Below, in pieces: positions 12,336-22,500 of a stretch of 64,000 nt of DNA. Under the pieces are notes generated by a model. That model saw nothing but the letters and a program-made list of their open reading frames with translations, was not told the DNA's origin and searched no databases. The translations under genes and the position numbers were made by a program. Each line of letters opens with the position of its first letter. Position 1 is the stretch's first letter. Source of the stretch: Scyliorhinus canicula (taxonomy: Eukaryota); NCBI RefSeq assembly GCF_902713615.1, contig NC_052155.1:115839316-115903315 (forward strand). Direction: 5' to 3'.

Positions 12336-15300
12336 TGTGGTGAGATAACCACTGTAGTTATGTGTACTGCAGTAGGGGGATGTATGCCTGTACCTGTAAT
12401 ACAGGTTCCTCTGGTCAGCCCCTGCCGGCTAGCTCCGCCCACAGGGAGCTTATGTATAAATGTATGAGAGCTGCTCAGACCCTCAGTCTACAGTTGCGGA
12501 TGGAGGGACAACATCGTACAGCAATAAAGCCTCTATTGTACTAGTCTCCCGGCTTTGAGTATAATTGTTAGCGCCACAATTTATTGCTGTACGATTTCCC
12601 AGCCACCATGGACATCAGAATCAAGCCTGACCGTCTGCAGCTGGATCCACATTCGCCTCACGCCAGAAAAGACTTTGATCACTGGCTCGCAGTCTTCGAG
12701 GCCTACATCTCTTCAGCACACCCTCCCCCGACGGAGGCTCAGAAAAAGCAACTCCTGTACTCCAGACTTAGCTCCAGCGTCTTTCCGTTCATTCGAGATG
12801 CGACCGACTACACCGCAGCTATGGAACTGCTCAAGGAGAATTATGCACCATCGACGAACACCCTGTTTGCGAGGCATCAACTTTCTACTCGCGTCCAGCA
12901 GCCGGGTGAGTCGATTGAGGACTTCTGGAGGGCCCTTATACCTCTGGTACGAGACTGCGACTGCCGGGCCCTCAGAAGCCGCGGAACATTCGGATTTACT
13001 CATGCGCGATGCCTTCGTTACAGGCATTGCATCGGACCCCATCCGGCAACGACTGCTGGAAGGGGTCGCCCCCGACCTCGCGGCCGCAAAGGCCCTGGCG
13101 CTCTCCATGACGGCCGCCTCCCGTAGTGCGCACACTTACTCCGCTAGCCACTCGGCCCACCCGTCCTACCCCTCGTGGACCCCGCAAACGGCTCCCCAGG
13201 CCCATCCGTCCCACCCCTCGTGGACCCCGCAAACGGCCCCCCCAGCAGCCGCCCCCGCGCACTATGCCTGCGCTGCCCGCCGCACCGCACCCCCTGGGGG
13301 TCCCCACTGTTACTTCTGCGGCCAACAGAAGCACCCTCGCCAACGCTGCCCGGCCCGCACAGCGACCTGCAAAGCTTGTGGAAAGAAAGGCCACTTTGCA
13401 GCGGTGTGTCAGTCCCAGACGGTCGCCGCTATCGCGCCGCCGGTCCCCACGCCTCAGCCGCTCCCTCAATGGGCCCCGCCGTCCGCTTCCCCCGACCCCA
13501 CGTGCAATCAGTGGGCGCCGCCATCTTTTGCTGCCCCCGCCACGTGCGCCCCATGGGCGGCGCCATCTTCATCCACCACAGCCATGTGCGTTCCATGGGC
13601 GCCGCCATTTTGTTCCGACCCCACAACGTGCGCTCCATGGACGCCGCCATTTTACCCACAGGTACTGCGGATGCCGCCATCTCGTCTCCAGGGGCCGCCA
13701 TCACGGGACACGGGTCGCTACCGCTCCTCGTCGGACTCATCTGACTCAACCGCCGACCAACCACTGCTCGCCTCCGTTACGCTCGACCAGTCCCGTCCTC
13801 GCAACCTGGCACCCTCTTCCACATCGGTGCTGGTCAACGGCCATGTGACCTCCTGCCTCATCGACTCCGGGAGCACCGAGATCTTCGTCCACCCGGACAC
13901 GGTAAGGCGCTATTCCCTTGCGATCCATCCCGCCGACCGGCAGATCTCCCTTGCCTCCGGTTCCCACTCTGTCCCGATCCGGGGTTTCTGCCTGGTTAAA
14001 CTCACTGTACAGGGTGTTGAATTCGACCGTTTCCGTCTGTACATTCTCCCCGACCTCTGCACTTCACTCCTACTAGGCCTGGATTTCCAGTGCAATCTCC
14101 AGAGCCTCACCCTCAAATTCGGTGGACCCCTACCTCCCCTCACCGTTTGCGGCCTCGCGACCCTCAAGGTCGAGCCCCCCTCCCTCTTTGCCAATCTGAC
14201 TGTGGATTGCAAGCCCGTCGCCACCAGGAGCAGATGGTACAGCACCCAGGACAAGGCCTTCATCAGGTCCGAAGTCCAGCGGCTGCTTCGGGAGGGTATC
14301 ATCGAGGCCAGCAACAGCCCTTGGAGAGCCCAGGTGGTAGTGGTTAAGACCGGGGAGAAGCACAGGATGGTCGTGGACTACAGCCAGACCATCAACCAGT
14401 ACACGCAGCTCGACGCGTACCCCCTCCCCCGCATTTCTGATATGGTCAATCAGATTGCACAGTACCGGGTCTTCTCTACTATTGACCTGAAATCCGCCTA
14501 CCACCAGCTCCCCATCCGTAAATCTGACCGTCCCTACACTGCCTTTGAGGTGGACGGTCGTCTGTACCAATTTCTGAGGGTTCCCTTCGGCGTCACGAAT
14601 GGGGTCTCGGTCTTTCAGCGAGAAATGGACCGAATGGTTGACCGGTACGAATTGCAGGCCACCTTCCCGTACCTCGACAATGTCACCATCTGCGGCCATG
14701 ACCAGCAGGACCATGATGCCAACCTTTATAAATTCCTCCACACCGCATCTCTCCTTAATCTCACGTACAACAAGGAGAAATGCGTGTTCCGCACAGACCG
14801 CTTAGCCATCCTTGGCTACGTAGTCCAAAACGGACTACTGGGGCCCGATCCCGACCGCATGCGCCCCCTCATGGAGCTCCCAATTCCCCACTGCCCCAAG
14901 GCCCTCAAACGCTGCCTTGGGTTTTTCTCTTATTACGCCCAGTGGGTCCCGCAATACGCAGACAAGGCCCGGCCACTTATCCAGTCCACACATTTTCCCC
15001 TCTCGGCCGAGGCACAACAGGCCTTCGCCTGCATTCGATCTGACATAGCCAGGGCGGGGATGCACGCCGTAGACGAGACTCTGCCTTTCCAAGTAGAGAG
15101 CGACGCTTCAGATGTCGCCCTTGCCGCCACGCTGAATCAGGCCGGCAGACCCGTGGCATTCTTTTCACGCACCCTCCACGCCTCCGAAATTCGGCATTCC
15201 TCTGTCGAAAAGGAAGCCCAGGCAATCGTTAAAGCGGTGCGGCACTGGAGGCATTACCTGGCCGGCAGGAGATTCACTCTCCTCACTGACCAACGGTCGG

Positions 15301-16949
15301 TAGCCTTCATGTTCAACAACACGCAGCGGGGCAAGATCAAGAATGACAAAATCTTGCGGTGGAGAATCGAGCTCTCCACCTTTAACTACGAGATCTTGTA
15401 TCGCCCCGGCAAGCTCAACGAGCCCCCAGACGCCCTCTCCCGAGGTACATGTGCCAGTGCACAAGTGAACCAGCTCCGTGCCTTGCACGACAGCCTTTGC
15501 CATCCGGGGGTCACCCGCTTGTACCATCTGATCAAAGCCCGCAATCTGCCTTACTCCGTCGAGGAAGTACGGATAGTCACCAGAGACTGCCAGATCTGTG
15601 CGGAGTGCAAGCCGCACTTCTACCGGCCAGATCGCGCGCGCCTGGTGAAAGCATCCCGCCCCTTTGAACGCCTCAGCGTGGACTTCAAAGGGCCCCTTCC
15701 CTCTACCGACCGCAACACCTACATCCTTAGTGTGGTCGATGAATTTTCTAGGTTCCCCTTTGCCATCCCATGCCCAGATATGACGTCTGCCACCGTCATC
15801 AAGGCCCTGGATTCCATTTTCGCCCTGTTCGGTTTCCCCGACTATATCCACAGTGACAGGGGATCCTCATTCATGAGCGATGAGCTGCGTCAGTTCCTGC
15901 TCAGCAGGGGTATCGCCTCCAGCAGGACGACCAGCTACAACCCCCGGGAAACGGGCAGGTAGAGAGGGAGAACGGGACGGTATGGAGGGCTGTCCAGCTG
16001 GCCCTACGGTCCAGGAACCTCCCAGCCGCTCGCTGGCAGCAGGTCCTCCCTGACGCGCTCCATTCCATTCGGTCGCTACTGTGCACCGCAACTAACAGTA
16101 CACCCCATGAACGTGTTTTTGCCTTCCCTAGGAAGTCCACATCCGGAGTGTCGCTCCCGACTTGGCTCACGACTCCGGGCCCAGTCCTTCTCCGTAGGCA
16201 TGTACGGCACCACAAGGCGGAACCCCTGGTGGACAAAGTACGCCTTCTCCAGGCCAACCCTCAGTATGCCTACGTGGAGTTCCCCGACGGCCGCCAGGAC
16301 ACAGTCTCGCTCCGGGACCTGGCTCCCTCAGGTGCCGATCCCATGCCCACACCCCTTCCTGCGCCAACCCCAGCGCCCCCCTATTCGTCCCCATCAGGTC
16401 CATCCCTCATGCCCCTGCCCACCCTGGAGGACATGGAAGATTTTGGCTTGCTCTCGGAGTCATCCCGCCAGCAGCCAGCACCAACACCGCCAGCACCTGC
16501 ACCATCGGGGCCATCACCGCCTGTGCCGACGTCACCACCACAGCTACGCCGCTCACAGCGGAACGTCCGACCACCGATTCGGCTCAACCTGTAACCTGCT
16601 AACCGGATGGACTCTTGATTTTCCTTGTTGGACCCTCTTGTAAATAGCATCCTTTGTATTAGAGTTACATGTCACCCCCGCCGGACTCATTTTTACAGGG
16701 GGTGAATGTGGTGAGATAACCACTGTAGTTATGTGTACTGCAGTAGGGGGATGTATGCCTGTACCTGTAATACAGGTTCCTCCGGTCAGCCCCTGCCGGC
16801 TAGCTCCGCCCACAGGGAGCTTATGTATAAATGTATGAGAGCTGCTCAGACCCTCAGTCTACAGTTGCGGATGGAGGGACAACATCGTACAGCAATAAAG
16901 CCTCTATTGTACTAGTCTCTCGGCTTTGAGTATAATTGTTAGCGCCACA
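12336..16949 (+). mobile_element. Full-length young Ty3/Gypsy (Mag-like) element C
   Basis: 243-bp LTRs at 12336-12578 and 16707-16949 with 2 substitutions; TG..CA ends; 5-bp TSD GGGCT (12331-12335, 16950-16954); PPT ACAGGGGGTGAA at 16695-16706. Confidence 0.97.
12608..16594 (+). pseudogene. Single gag-pol polyprotein of element C (~1328 aa reconstructed), broken by two 1-nt indels
   Basis: gccaccATGg at 12608; frames switch near 12975 and near 15948; CCHC x2, LIDSGS protease, RT YLDN, RNase H, HHCC plus DDE integrase. Confidence 0.9.
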
Positions 16950-17789
16950 GGGCTGCCACTACACGGCCTTTGAGGATGACGGCCACCTCTTCCACTTCCT
17001 CCGGGTCCCCTTCGGCATCACAAACGGGGTCTCTGTCTTCCAAAGAACGACGCACCGAATGGTGGACCAGTACAGGCCGCGGGCCACATTTCCGTACCTG
17101 GACAACGTTACCATCTGCAGCCACGACCAGCAGGACCATGACGCCAACCTCCAGAAATTTCTCCAAACCGCCCAAGCCCTCAACCTCACTTATAACAAGG
17201 AGAAATGCGTTTTCCGCACAACCAGACTAGCCATCCTTGGCTATGTCATGGAAAACAGAGTTCTAGGGCCCGACACCATGCGCCCCCTCCTGCAGCTTCC
17301 TCTTCCCCACGGCCCCATTGCCCTGAAAAGGTGCCTCGGGTTCTTTTCCTATTATGCCCAGTGGGTCCCCAACTATGCGGACAAAGCCCACCCACTGATC
17401 AAAGCTACCATCTTTCAATTGGTGGCTGAGGCCCGCCAGGCCTTCAGCCGCGTCAAGGCAGATATTGCCAAAGCCGCGATGCACGCGGTGGACGGGTCCA
17501 TCCCCTTCCAGGTGGATAGCGACACGTCAGAGGTCCCACCCTCAATCAGGCGGGCAGGCCAGTAGCATGTTTCTCCCATATCCTCAACGCCTCCGAAATT
17601 CAACACTCCTCAATTGAAAAAGCCCAAACCATCGTGGAAGCTGTACGGCACTGAAGGCACTACCTCACTGGTAGGAGTTTCATCCTCGTCACCGACCAAC
17701 GGTCAGTAGCCTTCATGTTCGATAATACACAGCGGGGACAGCGCCCTGTCTGGCACATGCGCCAGCGGGCAAGATGACCGCTGCTCATG

Positions 17790-18873
17790 GAATTATGTGT
17801 TCATGCAGGAATTTACCTATTTTCAAACCAGCAGTGAGTCTTGCTGCAGAGCTTCCATCTGACACTCCATACTCTGGAACCTCAGGGGGAGTGAAAATTT
17901 GAAAATCATTCCTTTAGTACAGTTTTTGGAATTGCTTTACGAGTAGACCAACCCTTATGCGACTGCTTCATTTTAATGGTTTTCAGTGTGACATTTCTTT
18001 TCATTCTTCCAGTCGATATGACAGCCTGTGCGCCACGTGATTGTAAATACAAAGAAGCCTGCCCATCAGGCCGTGACTCCATTTGGAGTAACGCAGAAGC
18101 TGATGATGCTGGCAAGGCCAACAAGGATATCAGTCTTCAGGATGTATCGCGTTAAAGGCTAAGGCACAAAAGACTGGCACAGAAACTAGTCTTCCAGAAA
18201 GCTGACAAGAACCCAGACAATCAGCGGGGTGATCCCGTCGGAGATGCACAATGAGCTGTGCACAAGGGACCTATTTAACAGGTTTATGATTTTAATTGAA
18301 GCAGTGAAATCTGTATACACATTTGCCGCATATGTTTAAAAGAATACAAATAATGTTTCTGTATATAAATGTTAACATATCCAAAGGACGGGGGATGTGG
18401 TGATATGCCTGTGAATAGTATTATACAAGTATTGTAAGGGCTGGTTTAGCTCACTGGGCTAAATCACTGGCTTTTAAAGCCGACCAAGCAGGCCAGCAGC
18501 ACGGTTCGATTCCCGTACCTGCCTCCCCGGACAGGCGCTGGAATGTGGCGACTAGGGGCCTTTCACAGTAACTTCATTGAAGCCTACTCGTGACAATAAA
18601 CGATTTTCATTTCATTTCATTTTTCACATAGTTAGCAATGCAACCTCCAATCAGCTGGTGGCGTCAGATCTTGGTCACGTGATGTGGGACACTTGCTAGT
18701 TGGTCGTAAGGCATACAGCAGGACATTCGTACATCGAGGAGTTCCAGAGCAACCTAGTCTGTATTGTATTGTGTATGTTATCCTTCCACGTGTTCATCAA
18801 TAAACGTCATTGTAGTTAAGTCACCAGGAGTTCTATGTGCATCATTGCAACAGCAAGACAACAGAACACAACA
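17790..18873 (+). mobile_element. 3' remnant and LTR (18396-18873) of an older Gypsy element (E)
   Basis: Purine tract AAAGGACGGGGGA followed by TGTGGTG...CACAACA, with internal AATAAA. Confidence 0.6.
18438..18626 (+). mobile_element. tRNA-derived SINE inserted in the LTR of E
   Basis: A box (TTAGCTCACTGG), B box (GGTTCGATTCC), (CATTT)n tail. Confidence 0.85.
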
Positions 18874-19292
18874 GAGTACAAAAGGCTGGTTCAACACCAG
18901 TTACATCCCTCATAGGTCTGTAACCTCCTGGAAATTTTTTGGCCACTTTGGAGATCATAAAGGAACTTCCCAGAATTTACTCTCTCAATTAGCCGAATAT
19001 CAATATTCAAAATCCATTTTGCTGCCTCTTGAAAAAAATTACATAACTATGAAGAGGAGGGTACATTAGGAGTAATGATGTTTATGGACTTAATTGTCCT
19101 TTTCCTGTCCAGCTCTTCATATGTTTTATGTTCATTTCTTATATTTACATACTGTGCTCTGCAAAGATTAGATATGGAAATATGCAAAGTGCTGTCCCCT
19201 CCTCCTGCTGGTTGTCTGATTGGTCACCACAAATCTCAATTTGGTAGGCCGCAGAGCTTTGCTCTGATCTTCAGATTTTTAAAAAAAAACAA

Positions 19293-19504
19293 ATTTAGAG
19301 TACCCAATTCTTTTTTCCAATTAAGGGGCAATTTAACGTGGCAATTCACCTACCCTGCACATCTTTGGGTCGTGGCAGTGAGACCCACGCAGTCACAGGG
19401 AGAATGTGTGAACTCCACACAGGCAGTGACCCGGGGCCAGGGCCAAATCCAGGTCCTCAGTGCTGTGAAGCAGCAGTGCAAACCACTGCACCACCATGCT
19501 GCCC
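19293..19504 (-). mobile_element. tRNA-derived SINE
   Basis: GGGCAGCATGGTGGTGCAGTGG head and GTGGAGTT..CATTCTCCC core on the minus strand. Confidence 0.75.
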
Positions 19505-19539
19505 AAGATGATGTTTTTAAAATAATATAAATTTCCAAT

Positions 19540-22500
19540 GGACTTCCAGTGGCGGTCATGAAGGTGTGGTCGCACACAGGGTGGCTCCTCCTACTTGAAG
19601 GTGTTGGTTTTGGCCCCTTCTACCCGAACTTTGGGAAATTTTGGCAGAAAGGTTGTGCGGAGAGTGGAGGGGGATTAGTTCTCCCCTAGATGGGCATGTC
19701 AGCGGGTTATCAAACCCGACAGCGAGAGCCCTGTCTAAGGAGCTTGAGGAGATTCATGGCGCAGCATCAATTGCGAAAATTTGGTGGGGGGGTCATTGAC
19801 TGGAAAAATGCCAATGGAGCAATTGATGGCTTCATTAAGGATGAATTTCAACAGCAGTGTGAAGAAATGTAGAGTGACTGGTCAAAGACAATTGAGGGGG
19901 CAGTGGCACCTGTTCGAGGGCCTTTGGAACTGGTGGATAAGTGTCTGGAGGTACAGGGGTTGACGATCCAGGAGGTGGAGAAGGTGGTGTCTGACCAGAG
20001 TGACCGGATTGTGAGGGTGGAAGCAGAGATGGCGATCCTGGAGGACATGCGTAAAATTCTGCGAGCAACGGTCCAGGCAACAAAATCTGAGGTTTGTGGA
20101 GGGAGGGGAGGGGACGAGTGCAATTGGCTATGTCGTGAGGATGCTGGCCAGGTTTGTGGAAGAGAAGGTGCTGGACAAGGCCTCAGAGGTAGATCTGGCC
20201 CATAGGTCCCTGAGGCAGAGGCCAAGATGGGCAGCAGCGGCGGTGATTGTGTGTAGTGAAGTTCCAGGGCAAGGAAAATATTCTGAGGTGGGCCAGGGCG
20301 CAGCAGGATTGTGATTGGGAAGGAGACCAAATCCAGATTTTAAAGGATATTGGTGTGGAGCTGGCCAAGAAATGGGCAGGGTTCAACAAGGCCAAGAGAG
20401 TGTTGTCCCTGGCCAGACTTTAGGTCACTTGAGAGCCAGGAATATTACTTTTGGAAACCAGGAGAGGTGAATGGCTTTATTAAGAAGCATAAACTGGAAG
20501 CTGGGGGAGGGCTGAAGGGGGATTGTGAGTGCAAGTTCTGTCTTCTCAGAAGTGGGGGGGAGGGGGGGGTGGAAGAGCAGGCGCTGGAGGAGCCATTAAG
20601 GCTAAAGGAGGTGATGGAATGAATTGGTATGACGCAGTCGTGTAAGGCGCAGAAGCCGGATGGCTTCCTGGCAGAATTTTAGGAGCAGTTCACAACGGAG
20701 TTGCCCCCCCCCCACTTTTTGGGCATGTTTAATGGTGGAGAAGGCGTAGGCGTCAGTTTCGCTGATCGCGAAAAAGGGGAAGGATCCATTGGAGTGCGGG
20801 TCCTATAGGTCCATCTCACTGTTGTAAATCGACGTGAAAGTTCTGGCAAAGGTATTGGCGAGAAGGCTGGAGGGATGTTTGCTGGAGGTGATCTCAGAGG
20901 ATCAGATAGGGATTGTGAAGGGGAGGAGCTCTCTATTAATACTAGGAGGTTGTTAAACGTAAATAAGACCCCGTCGGCGGGGTTGGAGGGCTGGAGGTGA
21001 TTGTGTCAGTGGACACAGAGAAGGCCTTTGACCGGGTAGAGTGGAGGTATTTGTTTGAAATTCTGTGGCGGTTTGGGTTCGGACGAGGTTTGTGGCGTGG
21101 GTTCAGTTGCTATATGCCTCCCGCATTGCAAGTGTGGTAATGAATGAGATGAACTTGGGTATTTTGGGCCGCACAGGGGTCGAGGCAGGGGTGTCCACTG
21201 CCCCGCTATTGTTCACATTGCCGATTGATCCCCAAGCGATGGTACTTTGGGCCTCGGCTGAGTGGCGGGGAATTGAGAAGGTGGGGGCAGGGAGCCCCGA
21301 GTGTCATTGTATGCCGTTTACCTGTTGCTGTTCGTAACGGACCCATTAGAAAGCATGGGCAGAATCATGAGCTTACTGGAGAGATTAGAGGCCTTTTCGG
21401 GCTATGAATTTAATGTAGGGAAAAGCGAGATGTTCCAGGTGAGTGCAGCAGGGCGAGGAACGACCCTGGGGACACTGCATTTAAGGTGGCACGGTGTGGT
21501 GAATGAGATTCACATGGTATTATAAGTTACCAATGTCACTCTGTTCCAAGTATATATATATGTATCAATATTGTAAGTGCAGTTGCACTACCTGACCACC
21601 AGGGGGAGTAGCTCTGGGAGTACTCGAGAGTTTGTACTGGGCTCCCCCCTTGGCTCCGCCCAGAGCTCCTCCCCCTGGAGCTGCTGTATAAAGATCCGTG
21701 CCACAGAGTCAGCCAGCCAGTTCACCGAAAGTTCAACGGCTAACAGGCTGGCTCTGTTGTAAGTATATTAAAACCACTATTCTAATCCTACAAGCACGAG
21801 TCCGTAGAATTAATGGTTCCATCACAAGGGAGTGGTTCTGGTACCTGGGGATTCAGGTAATGCACGGGTGGGCCACGATGCACAAGTGGAATTTGACGGG
21901 ATTGGTGGAGGAGGTTAAGGGGGATGCAGAGGCTAAAGAAATTTTTTCCCACTGACTGAGATGTTTTAAGGCCTACCTGGCAGAAGCCAGCACCGCGGGA
22001 ACAACGGAGGAACAAAAACTCAGCCTACTGCACGCGAGGGTAAGCCACAGAATCTCCACACAGCTAAATCTGGCCGGTTCTTACACCGCAGCGCTGGAGA
22101 TATTGGACAAATTTACGTTAGGCCCATTAACGAGGTTTATGCACGCCACGTGTTTACGACTCGCCGTCAGCGGCCTACAGAAACGCTTGCCGAATTTGTT
22201 AGGGAACTGAACAATCTCTCCAATGACTGTAATTATCAAGCCGTTACCGCGGCTGAACATAAGGAGCTTGCTGTGCGGGACGTTTTCGTAGCGGGCCGTA
22301 GATCGAACTACGTGCGCCAAAGATTGCTAGAAAAGGGGGCCCAGGACTTGAGATACTACTGTGGAGGCTGCTACCACTATGGAAGTCTCCTTGCGCAGCC
22401 TCACCTCCTTTCCCACGGACCCCGCGACCTCATCGTGGACCCCCGACCAACAATCCCCCCAGGCCTGTGCCGCACGGCCCCCCAGCTACCGCGCTGCCAA

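Larger units (their letters stand above)
9849..17780 (+). mobile_element. Ty3/Gypsy (Mag-like) element B, decayed; split by element C; 3' part deleted after RNase H
   Basis: LTR 9849-10124 (TGTGG...ATCA); gag from 10148; protease; RT reads PIRPEG|CHYTAFE across the C insertion and resumes after 16949. Confidence 0.9.

Noticed and set aside
10608-12343. Long repetitive ORFs (339 and 518 aa) as novel proteins
   Set aside because: Alternate frames of a tandem repeat in dead gag, the longer one fused by frameshift to Gypsy pol
18904-19028. Open minus-strand stretch between AG and GT as a downstream exon of the 32.6-kb gene
   Set aside because: Phase does not match the phase-2 donor, splice signals are weak and no homology is recognised
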